A DNA stretch of 57,122 nt, filler included, from Sphacelaria rigidula (lineage: Eukaryota): NCBI GenBank assembly GCA_964200075.2. It is 4 parts of 4 records of this genome, joined end to end, with 100 filler letters (N's around TTAATTAATTAA, not from the genome) between each part and the next. Parts side by side here need not be neighbours in the genome. Positions count along the whole stretch, not along the records: positions 28,615 to 42,820 come from CAXNAA020002386.1; positions 42,921 to 57,122 come from CAXNAA020002387.1; 2 more parts are not named here. One strand, given 5' to 3'. Shown here piece after piece: positions 36,001-48,900 of this stretch. The notes under the pieces are model-generated. The model had not been told where the DNA came from and did no database searches. It saw nothing but the letters and a program-made list of their open reading frames with translations. The position numbers and the translations under genes were made by a program. Every line of letters begins with the position of its first letter. Within the stretch, counting starts at the first letter, position 1.

Positions 36001-39000
36001 TGCATCGCGGGGCAGAGAAGATCAGGCACACAGGATTTACAAAGTGGCGTGTTGCAAACGGATGTCAGGGGTGGCAGCTTCAGTATGCAGGATCAACAAA
36101 GGAAACGAACGCGCGTACGCGGATGTGGGGTAGACCGTTGACAGTGTACGCCAAACGATTCAGCTGCCGGACGTAGGGTAGACGTGGTGGGTCTTCCCCA
36201 ACACTATCGCATCACTCCCTTAAAACTACTCATGATTACTTCAGTGTATGAGTATTCCACCGTCTCTTCCAAAAATGCGTGCACAAAGGTATGCAAACAG
36301 CAAAATGCGGGCGCGGGTATCATCTTGTCTCATCATTAATGAGCAAACGCTCGTCTCGGAAGTGCTTTCTACACGTGATTCGATCCCGTTGTTTTTGGCA
36401 AGCATATTATTTGCCGCGCAAATAGTGCAGTCGACCATCTTGCCTAGCGATTGATTTCAAACCTGTGACGGAATTTTCGTTGTTCGGGCCGTAACGTCGA
36501 GCTCATCCACCATGAGCCCGAAGAAGGAGTGCGAATCACGACGTGAAGTTGCGTAGTATCTTCGGATGATGGTCGTGAGGAAAGGGTGAATCATCGAGGA
36601 CTGGCCGAGTCACTTCAATGCAACAGGGTACAACAATTTCTAACAACCGCGTACTATGCTCAATGCTGACTTCTTATCAAAGCAGAGTTTAGAAAATCTG
36701 ATGATATTCTAGTGATGTTCGCACCAAATTGGAAACGTTATTATGAAATTTCAGGCACAAGTTGGCGTTTTTGAAGACGTTATTCTCTTTTGGCAGTCCC
36801 GGGTTCTGCTCTTTTTTTCCATGATGAAGACGATTGTCTTGTGCAAAAATCCCCAAAAAGCACGCATTTTCTATACAAAAATATGAGACTTGCATGTTTC
36901 AGAATTTTTCAATTCTGGCAAGATAGTTCGAAGAGAAAAAATGAATGTGGCGAACTATGTATCACAGCTGACAAATGCCCATGAACACCTCTCTCAGCAT
37001 CATGAGAAGGCTGGATGTAGCAATTGCAGGGTACGTGTACCATGTGCATGTGTGTTTGAAAGTCCGAGGCGTGATGCTCACTCGCCATATATCAAGAGAA
37101 ATGTCCTTGAGTGATGGTCTTCATTTTGTCGGGAAAAACTGTTTCGGTGGGAACCTGATGAGTCTTGAATCTTAAGTGGTATTTTATGTCTTTATGTCAC
37201 TCCAAGCATCATGGATAGGATCTGGAACGCTGACCAGTCGCTGTCAGAAACGTCAAACATGAAAAAAAATAGGATGTTGGAGCTCAGCGATGCCCGAACG
37301 TCGGCAATCAAGAAAAAAGGAGGTTCCTCCGCAGTTCAGAAGTTTCCCAATGTTAGGATACCCCTTCACTCTATCGCCGGCAATATGTGACGTTTCTCAG
37401 GACTGGTCATACGTTTCGGAAATCACATCCACGTTGTTAGAGGTAACAGTGGGCATGACTAATTATTTAAGACATTCTGCATTGTAATGATAAAGATCAT
37501 TCCGTCAAAGGCGGCGATACCCACTAACGTCATTGCTCCCATTTGTGAATGTCTAATGAGTTTGCATACTCGTACCGTCCACGGTGTTCGAGTACATAAA
37601 ACCTCGAAACTTTCCTCAGTCTTTTCTGCATCTAGCCTTTGGCGGCCCGCATAGGAAAGCTTTTTACCGCTATGGTGTGCCTCACTAAAGTACTTTCACT
37701 ACGTAAACACATAATGGATGTTGATGGTGCTTTTGACCAACTCGTCCATCCATCCGGGGAATAGCACTTTGCTGCCCTTGGGTAGGCAGTTTGCACAACA
37801 ACATTTGAGAACCGATTTCTCGGTGGACTGTTTTGTTCTGGTCTTGCGCATTTAATACCGCTGGGGATTTTACTCAGGCTGCCCAAATATCGCGCCCCAA
37901 TTCCTGGTAGACATGCCGTATGCCCAGTGTGCCGTGTTCATTGATGACCGTAGCTTGACGTGCATAATGCACGAAGAAGCGATGCCGTGGCGCCAATCCC
38001 AACAGAGAGGACTCGCTGGAGGGAAACGCTATCGCTCGCCATTCGCCCCATCCTCCCCTGGCCGTTGTCGCACTACTTTTCGCCCTAATCGCTTGGCGTG
38101 CCTGTACGCTGTGGTACCCGGACATAGTCTGACGTAGTTACCCATACGCCGAGGCAGCTCGCCGACCCTTCGCGGTCTCCGGCCACAGAGTATTTGATCC
38201 AGATCTCGACGGAGATTACGCGCCTCATCCTGTTCGTGTGCATGTATCCAACCGTGCAGGACATCATCACCGGTGCCTTGATGGCAGGCGCTGTCTCTGG
38301 TAGTGACGCTAACCTACTCGGCATGAGCTCACCAACATCCGAACTTCGAGTCCCAACACTGGTTGTTGACGCTGTGATTCCAGTGCTTCGGCCGTGACGA
38401 CGCTCATAAGTCATTAATAGAGTTGTTCTCTACTCCTTGCGGTTATGAAGACGAGTGACAGCAAACACTGTCGGCAGAGAGATGCTCAAAGAGCGTACGT
38501 TCTGACTCTCAACATGGATAATGCAGCCATGTACAGGTTTGGAATATGCTCAGTTTCATTCTTCTGCTCAACATGCAGCCGCTGGCAACGATCCCATGAG
38601 CAGCATTAAAGCCGAGTTCGGCCGGGAATATCGTCTGGCAGGCAACACCAACACAAGTACATGTTGCAAGGTTGGCATCACTTTGGCCAGAAAAGATTAG
38701 ATGCTTACGTATGCACGGGCCTATGCACATCTCGAGTACCTAGCAGGTGGAGATGTCATGCAGGAGGAGCGGTCGTTGGCCAAAAGTGGTCACAAAATTG
38801 GCCTCGTGTCAGTACTGCTACTTGCTTGTGGAAAGGTTCGAGGGTATTGAATGATGACGATCACCTTGCCGACACCACTTGGCTTCTGAGCACGCTGCTT
38901 GAACGGTCGCTCCTTCGCTTCTTTCGTTTCTGTCAAGCGACTACCCAGTACGTCCACCAGCTTCTGCCTGTTGTAACGACAACAATACGAGGTCGGACAC

Positions 39001-42000
39001 TTGGGCGTTTAGGACACCAAGATTAACCGGACAACGGTAAATCGCGGTAGCTACAGCAGATAAATTTCGACTTGTAGCATTCATTTTGGCAGATGGTCGA
39101 ATGCACATTCCAATGAGTGCTCCTGTGAGCATTACTTGGCGAGGAAAATCAAATATTTGGGATATCATACAGTCGAGTACAATCCAATGTACGGGGCCCA
39201 TGGCTGTACCTGTTGAAGAACGGAGGGTGGGCGGGGCGAATGGTGTCATAGATCACTGCCTGCTTAACACGATGGTAAAGACACGATGCTCCTTGCTGCG
39301 GAGGCTTTTTATACCTTACTCACAACAAAACCCCATCAAATTAGCCAGAAAACATAAGAATCTACGAGGGAAGCGAAAAAAAAAACGCGAGACCGTACTG
39401 TTGGGGGTCTCTCCTAGATGGTCTGCTCGTACTATGAACCACATGGTAGATGGTCGACACGGTGAATCGTGTCGTGGATGATCTCTCCTTCACCTTGGCG
39501 GGGCTGTCGTTACCCCCGAGCCGTACAAGCTCAACAATCGTGGAGCTACACGACAGCTTGCACACTCCACAGACAACCGAGTATAAGCTGAATACTCTAC
39601 ACCTTAGAGGATGCTGCAGTATGAAGAGGTACGATATTTGTATCCCGTGTTTTACACCGATCACTTCGCCGCACCGTACCTGTCGAAGGGGAGGGGGTCG
39701 ACGAGATGGATGGTGTCGAAGATTACGGCTTCCTTGACTTGCCGATCGACGTGGTTCTCCCTTGCCATGGAAGGTGAAGAATTCACCTCGATTAGCCACG
39801 GCCGGAGTCTTTTATTTCGGCATCACGGTACAACAGGAGGGTAAAAGCCGCGAGAGTGGAAACCGCGAGAGTAGAAACCGCGTGGTGAGTGAAACGCCAT
39901 TGGGTGAAATCTCATCCAGAGAGAACACATTCAACGTCGACGCTTACCACTGTAGAGTGCAAAAAGGCATCGCCATGTCAATTGCGGGTATTGCCTGTGT
40001 TGAAACGTGATCAGGAATCTGTATCCGGAGCGATAGTCAGCCTGATGATACACCCGATATTCGAACCATCTACGTATCGCAGAAACCTTGACATTCCTTG
40101 CGTAGCAATACACGAAATGATCCGTGATAGATATGTTATCAGATGATTGTATAACGTAGATTGCCGGTGGCCTAAGTGGTACATCTTGCAATCGGTTTAA
40201 GCAGACTTGAGGACTTGAACCGCTGCAGATGCGGATTTCTCTCAGTAGTCACTGGCTGCCGTCCTTGCAGACGTGTAGACGTGACTAGCAAAGCAAGTAC
40301 GACTCAAACTCGACCGGGTGCGGGAGTGCTGATCCAATCCAACCCGCGATACTAAAATGTGAGGTATGGTGGGGATTGATCCCTTGTGTTCAGCCCCATC
40401 CTGTGGAAGGGGAGGGATCGGAAATGTGACAAGAAGAAATAGGTATCTGGTGTGTCGTAATGTTCATCAACGTAAAGACGGCGGCATTCCCACACCGTCG
40501 TGCTACCATCAGCACGACAACGGTTTCACGACACAGCCATCACTTCGCTCACATTGTGCATCGGGCAGCAGGGTGAGTTCACTACGAATCCTCTCCCAAC
40601 ACGAAAGCGGAAATATCGCTTGCCGTCCGCACACATACACAAGAGCAACTTCTTGCTTCCTTCCTCCCAGATGTGTTCTCATTTCCGCTCCCTACCCACA
40701 CGATTGTACCCCCCCCCCCCCGTTGCACTCTGTTGCCAGAATTTCTTGGATTTCAAGAAGTGCTGGAGATGCTGGAGTACTACCACCGCGCGAGTACTCC
40801 CACGAAATGACCAGCTTCCTACATTTACAACTCCTAAATATTGTTGAGCGAGTCAGACCAATATTAACAGGCACGGCCCTGTTCTGTTTTACCTGTTCTG
40901 CAGCGAGTGTTTTCGTTTTGCTTTGTCTCGGGTCCGTCGACCATGTGACCACGGCTGGATTCCTGGGAGGGGGGGTGTACTCATGCTCTTGCATGTCCAA
41001 ATCAATCAGTACGTAACGCGGCTAGGTGTATTTTCGTTCCTTGTCTCACCTGTCGTCAACAAGAACGTCGTAGCCGAAGAGCTCGAAACTTCGCCGCCAA
41101 CGAGGCATCATCGGAGGGTCAAACAAGAAGAGATCCAGCACGTCGAGAGCGAAAACTAGCATGAGAACGGCTTTAACGACATTCTGAGACGATGATATCT
41201 CATTTATCGTGTGGAGTCCATTCGGGCAATACATTTGGAATATGTATACTGATGGGTTTGATGGATTGGCGACACTGTGCATCATGGCATACAGTAGGTT
41301 GGACGATACGAAGTATCAGTGTATCAAGAAATAAAGCAGCTATTACATGGGCCACAACGCTATGTCTAATGTATTGAGTGCGCCTACACTAAAGCTTAAT
41401 GCTTGCAAAGGCGGTGTACTCGCGAGAGACGTGCCACACCTTGTTTATGTGTAGTAGTTCGTACATATATATATATATGGGTACTTTTATAGGGCCGCCT
41501 TTTGATTGATTGATTGAAAGTGCGAAAATGTGTAGAACTTCATACATATATATATAGGGGTATTTTTATAGAGCCGCCTACTGTAAAACAAAATAATTGA
41601 TGTCTCACCCACGCGCAAGAGTTCCGGTCGGCGAGTCCATTTTGGCATCCCCGCGGTTACGTGTACTGTCGTGCCATCAGTGTGTTTATGGTACTCTATT
41701 GCGTAACGCAGGATAATCCCTGCACTGAAGGAAGCAGAAAAACAGGCAAGCCCTGGAAAAAGGACTGGTCGCACGTTCGGGCGAAACTCGTTCACTCTTT
41801 CAGCACGGAGGTCCCTGTGGCATCGGTAGTTGATCAATACCCTCGGGGTCCTCCTGGGCTAGTATCGGTCGCGACAGACAGTCGTTCTGAGGCGACGTGT
41901 TCACCTGCTTTAGGTGCGGATGGCTCTTTGGCCACTAAAACGTACCTCGTTCTAGCAGTGCGGAACATGTAGTGCAAAAGAGCCCAATTCTACACAGAGC

Positions 42001-42544
42001 ATTTGAATCCTTTCACTCAGCGTGAGAGGTAGCAACTGCACCATATCTTCCGAAGTGAGAATGGGGCCCATGACTTCGCAGGTTTGTTGAAAATCGACGA
42101 AGGGGGTGCAGGACAAAGGCTGAGGTCCACAAGGACTTATGTCTGTTTTGCGCTCCCGATCCACGCAGCGCGTCTTGGGTTTTACTACCAAATAGGCACA
42201 CGAACCCGCTCACGGGGAAGTGTTGGGTGAGATTTACTCCTTCTTTTAAGGAAAAAAAAAAAAACTCTGAAGGATGTCGGTTCAATTCCCGGCAGATGCT
42301 TCTTTTCCCCCAGAGAAGTAACTGATTTTTGGTGTTAAAACGTGGGGACGTGGGTAGCACAGAACTTTTCATACTCGACGAGAGTCAACGCGGTGTGGTA
42401 GTGAGTGCTGATCCAACCCCCAATACCAGATTACAAGGCGTGCAGGGGGGGACACTCGTCCCGAGGAAAGGGAGAGGCTAACAATGAAAAATTGGTGCGA
42501 ACACACTCGTCGGTTTCGTTGGTATCACTCTAAAGGAGTAGCTA

Positions 42545-42820
42545 TCGAACTATGTGCGTCTATGCCGACTGTGGCCATTAGGGTGGAGAGAACGGGGTTC
42601 GATTCCCGATACGTTGGGTTTTTTCTTCGTCATGTATGATTTCCACCGTGGAAAGCGTGAGGACGTGAGTAAACGAAAGTAGTCGACTGGGTTTGTGTGA
42701 CGTCGGTTGACGCGGTGCGGGAGTGCTGATCCAATCCGCGAGGTCAAAATAAAATGCACGTACCGGGGGAGCGACGGGTTGATCCCTTGAGACCACGGAC
42801 TCATCCCGAGGAAGGGGAGA
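42545..42820 (+). mobile_element. SINE-like element with box B head, truncated at the contig end
   Basis: GGGTTCGATTCCC near 42596-42607 is followed by the shared GCGGTGCGGGAGTGCTGATCCAATCC segment. A more decayed copy (GGTTCAATTCCC) lies at about 42279. Confidence 0.6.
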
Positions 42821-42920
42821 NNNNNNNNNNNNNNNNNNNNNNNNNNNNNNNNNNNNNNNNNNNNTTAATTAATTAANNNNNNNNNNNNNNNNNNNNNNNN
42901 NNNNNNNNNNNNNNNNNNNN
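42821..42920. other. Artificial contig-join linker
   Basis: N44-TTAATTAATTAA-N44. Confidence 0.97.
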
Positions 42921-45900
42921 TTGTCACCTCCCGTCTGAAGTCGGGACAGCTTCCGAGTATTGGTACAAGCCGAGTGCAGACGCATAATGGGTCAACCGAA
43001 GCGCGTACTATTACCTGAAGAGAAGAAGAAACGAGGTCATTTCCTTGTCACCTCCCGTCTGAAGTCGGGACGGCTTCCGAGTATTGATACAAGCCGAGTG
43101 CAGACGCATAATGGGTCAACCGAAGCGCGTACTAGTCCCCGGAAAAAATAGGGACGAGGTCATTTCCTTGTCACCTTACATCTAAAGTCGGGACAGATTC
43201 CGAGTATTGATACAAGCCGAGTGCAGACGCATAATGGGTTAATCGAAGCGCGTACTAGTACCCGGAGAGAGGAAGAAACGAGGATAATTCCTTGTCACCT
43301 CCCGTCTGAAGTCGGGACAGATTCCGAGTGTTGGTAAAAGCTGAGTGCAAACCGTGAATGGGTCAACCGAAGCGCGTACTAGTAGCTGGAGAGAAGAAGA
43401 AACGACGACAATTCCTTGTCACCTCCCGTCTGAAGTCGGGACAGATTCCGAGTATTGGTACAAGCCGAGTGCAAACGCATCATGGGTCAATCGAAGCGCG
43501 TACTGTTTCCCGGAGAGAAGAAGAAGCGAGGTCATTTCCTTTCACCTCCCGTGTGAATGTCGGGCAGATTTCGAGTATTAGTACGAGCCGAGTGCAGACC
43601 CAGAATGGGTCAACCAGAGCCCGTACTAGTACCTGGAGAGAAGAAGAAACGAGGTCAATTCCTTGTCACCTCCCGTGTAAACTCGGGACAGCTTCCGAGT
43701 ATTAGTACAAGCCGAGTGCAGACCCAGAATGGGTCAGCCAAAGCGCGTACTAGTACCTAGAGAGAAGAAACGAGGTCATTTCCTTGTCACCTCCAGTCTA
43801 AAGTCGGGACAGCTTCCGAGTACTGGTACAAGCCGAGGGCAGACGCATAATGGGTCAATCGAAGCGCGTACCAGTACCTGGAGAGAAGAAGAAACGAGGT
43901 CATTTCCTTGTCACCAACCGTGTGAATGTCGGGAAAGATTTTGAGTATTAGTACAAGCCGAGTGCAGACCCAGGGAGGGTCAACAGAAGCGCGTACTAGT
44001 ACCTGGAGAAAAGAAGAAACGAGGTCATTTCCTTGTCATTTCCCGTCTGAAGTCGGGACAGCTTCCGGGTATTGGTACAAGCCAACGGCAGACGCATAAT
44101 GGGTCGACCGAAGCGCGTACCAGTACCTGGAGACAAGAAGAAACGAGGTCATTTCCTTGTCACCTCCCGTGTGAATGTCGGGAACGATTTCGAGTATTGG
44201 TACAATCCGAGTGCAGACCCAGATTGGGTCAACAGAAGCGCGTACTAGTACCTGGAGAGAAGAAGAAACGCGGTCAATTCCTTGTCACCTCCCGTCTGAA
44301 GTCCGGACAGCTTCCAAGTATTGGTACAAGCCGAGGGCAGACGCATAATGGGTCAACCGAAGCGCGTACCAGTACCTGGAGAGAAGAAGAAACGAGGTCA
44401 TTTCCTTGTCACCTACCGTGTGGATGTCGGGACAGATTTCGAGTATAAGTACGAGCCGAGTGCAGAGCCAGAATGGGTCAAACGAAGCGCGTACTAGTAC
44501 CCGGAGAGAAACAGAAACGAGGTCAATTTCTTGTCACCTCCCGTCTGAAGTCCGGACTGATTCCGAGTGTTGATAAAAGCTGAGTGCAAACCCAGGATGG
44601 GTCAACCGAAGCGCGTACTAGTACCTGGAGAGGAGAAGAAACGAGGTCATTTCCTTGTCACCTCCCGTCTAAAGTCGGGACAGATTCCGACTATTGGTAC
44701 GAGCCGAGTGCAAACGCATCATGGGTCAATCGAAGCGCGTACTGTTACCCGGAGAGAAGGAGAAACGAGGTCATTTCCTTTCACCTCCCGTGTGAATGTC
44801 AGGACAGATTTCGAGTATTAGTACGAGCCGAGTGCAGACCCAGAATGGGTCAACCGAAGCCCGTACTAGTACCTGGAGAAAAGAAGAAACGAGGTCAATT
44901 CCTTGTCACCTCCCGTGTGAACTCGGGACAACTTCCGAGTATTAGTACAAGCCGAGTGCAGACCAAGAATGGGTCAGCCAAAGCGCGTACTAGTACCTGG
45001 GGAGGAGAAGAAACGAGGTCAATTCCTTGTCACCTCCCGTCTAAAGTCGGGACAGCTTCCGGGTATCGGTACAAGCCGAGGGCAGACGCATATGGGTCAA
45101 TCGAAGCGCGTACCAGTACCTGGAAAGGAGAAGAAACGACGTCATTTCCATGTCACCAACCGTGTGAATGTCGGGACAGATTTCGAGTATTAGTACAAGC
45201 CGAGTGCAGACCCAGAAAGGGTCAACAGGAGCGCGTACTAGTACCTGGAGAAAAGAAGAAACGAGGTCAATTCCTTGTCACCTCCCGTCTGAAGTCGGGA
45301 CAGCTTCCGAGTATTGGTACAAGCCAACGGCAGACGCATAATGGGTCAACCGAAGCGCGTACCAGTACCTGGAGACAAGAAGAAACGAGGTCATTTCCTT
45401 GTCACCTCCCGTGTGAATGTCGGGAAAGATTTCGAGTATTAGTACAAGCCGAGTCCAGACCCAGATTACGTCAACAGAAGCGCGTACTAGTACCTGGAGA
45501 GACGAAGAAACGAGGTTAATTCCTTGTCACCTCCCGTCTGAAGTCCGGACAGCTTCCAAGTATTGGTACAAGCCAACGGCAGAGGCATAATGGGTCAACC
45601 GAAGCGCGTACCAGTACCTGGAGAGAAGAAGAAACGAGGTCATTTCCTTGTCACCTACCGTGTGAATGTCGGGAAAGATTTCGAGTATTAGTACGAGCCG
45701 AGTGCAAAGCCAGAATGGGTCAACCGAAGCGCGTACTAGTACCTGGAGATAAACAGAAACGAGGTCATTTCCTTGTCACCTCCCGTCTGAAGTCGGGACA
45801 GATTCCGAGTGTTGGTACAAGACGAGTGCAGACGCATAATGGGTCAACCGAAGCGCGTACTAGTACCTGGAGAGGAGAAGAAACGAGGTCATTTCCTAGT

Positions 45901-48900
45901 CACCTCCCGTGTGAAGTCGGGATAGATTTCGAGTATTAGTACAAGCCGAGTGCAGACCCAAAATAGGTCAACCGAACCGCGTACTAGTATCTGGAGAGGA
46001 CAAGAAACGAGGTCATTTCCTTGTCACCTCCCGTCTGCAGTCGGGACAGCTTCCGAATATTGGGACAAGCCGAGTGCAGAAACATAATGGGTCAATCGAA
46101 GCGCGTACAAGTACCCGGAGAGAACAAGAAACGAGGTCATTTCCTTGTCACCTCCCGTCTGAAGTCGAGACAGCTTCCAAGTATTGGTACAATCCGAGTG
46201 CAGACCCACAATGGGTCAACCGAAGCGCGTACCAGTACCTGAAGAGAAGAAGAAACGAGGTCATTTCCTCGTCACCTCCCATCTAAAGTCGGGACAGCTT
46301 CCGAGTGATAGTACGAGCCGAGTGCAGACCCAGAATGGGTCAACCAGAGCGCGTACTAGTACCTGGAGAGAAAAAGATACGACGACAATCCCTTGTCACC
46401 TCACCTCTAGAGTCGGGACAGATTCCAAGTATTGGAACAAGCCGAGTGCAGACGCAAAATGGGTCAAGCGAAGCGCGTACTAGTACCCGAAGAGAACAAG
46501 AAACGAGGTCATTTCTTTGTCACCTCCCGTTTGAGGTCGGTACAGATTCCGAGTTTTGGTACAAGCCGAGTGCAGACGCATAATGGGTCAACCGCAGCGC
46601 GTAATAGTACCTGGAGAGAACGAAAAACGAGGTCATTTCCTTGTCACCTCCCGTCTGAAGTCGGGACAGCTTCCGAGTATTGGTACAAGCCGAGTGCAGA
46701 CGCAGAATGGGTCAACCGAAGCGCGTACAAGTACCTGGAGAGAAGAAGAAACGACGACAATCCCTTGTCACCTCCCGTATAAAGTCGGGACAGATTCCAA
46801 GTATTGGTACAAGCCGAGTGCAGACGCATAATGGGTCAGGCGATGCGCGTACTACTACCCGAAGAGAACAAGAAACGAGGTCATTCCCTTGTCACCTCCC
46901 GTTTGAGGTCGAAACAGATTCCGAGTTTTGGTACAAGCCGAGTGCAGACCCATAATGGGTCAACCGAAGCGCGTATTAGTACCTGGAGAGGAGAAGAAAC
47001 GACGACAATCCCTTCTCACCTCCCATCTAAAGTCGGGACAGCTTCCGAGTATTGGTACAAGCCGAGTGCGGACGCAGAATGGGTCAAGCGGAGCTCGTAC
47101 TAGTACCTGGAGGGAAGAAGAAACGAGGTCAGGTCCTTCTCGCCCCCCGTTTGAGGTCGGGACAGATTTCGAGTATTGGTACAAGCCGAGTGCAGACCCA
47201 GAAAGGGTCAACCGAAGCGCGTACTAGTACCTGGAGAGAACAAAATACGAGGTCATTTCCTTGTCACCTCCCGTCTGGAATCGGGACAGATTCCGAGTAT
47301 TGGTTCAAGCCGAGTGCAGACGCATAATGGGTCAATCGAAGCGCGTACTAGTACCCGGAAAAAAGAAAAGACGACGACAATCCCTTGTCACCTCCCGTGT
47401 GAAGTCGGTACATATTCCGAGTTTCGGTACAAGCCGAGTGCAAAAAAAGAATGGGTCCACCGAAGCGCGTACTAATACCTGGAGAGAAGAAGAAACGAGA
47501 TCATTTCCTTATCCCTCCCGTGTGAATCGGGACAGATTCCGAGTATCGGTACAAGCCGAGTGCAGACCCAGAATGGGTCAACCGAAGCGCGTACTAGTAC
47601 CTGGAGAGCAGAAGAAACGACGAATATCCTAGGTCACCTCCCATCAAAAGTCGGGACAGCTTCCGAGTATTGGTACAAGCCGAGTGCAGACGCATGATGG
47701 GTCAACCGAACCGCGTACTAGTACCCGGAGAGAAGAATTAACGAGGTCAGTTCCTTGTCGCCTCCCGTTTGAGGTCGGGACAGATTCCGAGTATCGGTAC
47801 AAGCCGAGTGCAGACGCATAATGGGTCAACCGAAGCGCGTACCAGTACCCGGAGAGAACAAGAAACGAGGTCATTTCCTTGTCACCTCCCGTCTGAAGTC
47901 GGGATAGATTCCGAGTATTGGTACAAGCCGAGTGCTGACCCAGCATGGGTCAACAGAAGCGCGTACTAGTACCTGGAGTGGACAAGAAACGAGGTCAATT
48001 CCTTGTCACCTCCCGTCTGAAGTCGGGACAGCTTCCGCGTATTGGTACAAGCCGAGTGCAGACCAAGAATAGGTCAACCGAAGCGCGTACTAGTACCTGG
48101 AGAGAACAAGGAACGAGGATAATTCCTTGTCACCTCCCGTGTGAAGTCGGAAAAGATTTCGAATATTGGTACAAGGAGAGTGCAGACCCAAAATAGGTCA
48201 ACCGATCCGCGTACTAGTATCTGGAGAGAAGAAGAAACGAGGTCATTTCCTTGTCACCTCCCCTCTGAAGTCTGGACAGCTTCCGAGTATTGGCACAAGC
48301 CGAGTGCAGACGCATAATGGGTCAATCGAAGCACGTACTAGTACCCGGAGAGAACGAGAAACGAGGTCATTTCTTTGTCACCTCCCGTCTGAAGTCGAGA
48401 CAGCTTCCAAGTATTGGTACAAGCCGAATGCAGACCCAATATGGGTCAACCGAAGCGCGTACTAGTACCTGGAGAGAACAAGAAACGAGGTCATTTCCTC
48501 GTCACCTCCCATCTGAAGTCGGCACAGGTTCCGAATGATAGTACAAGCCAAGTGCAGACCCAGAATGTGTAAACCGGAGCGCGTACTAGTACCTGGAGAG
48601 GAGAAGAAACGACGACAATCCCTTGTCACCTCCAATCTTGAGACGGGACAGCTTCCGAGTCTTGGTACAAGCCGAGTGCAGACGCATCATGGGTCAGGCG
48701 AAGCGCGTACTAGTACCCGAAGACAAGGAGAAACGAGGTCAGTTCCTTGTCGCCTCCCGTTTGAGGTCGGGACAGATTCCGAGTATTGGTACAAGCCGAG
48801 TGCAAACCCAGAATGGGTCAACCGAAGCGCGTACTAGTACCTGGAGAGAACAAAAAACGAGGTCATTTCCTTGTCACCTCCCGTCTGGAGTCGGGACAGA

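Noticed and set aside
44584..45519. 311-aa ORF and many overlapping ORFs in the satellite
   Set aside because: The 124-bp unit is not a multiple of 3, and plus-strand stops fall mostly in one frame. Long ORFs arise by chance, and indels do not preserve the frame.
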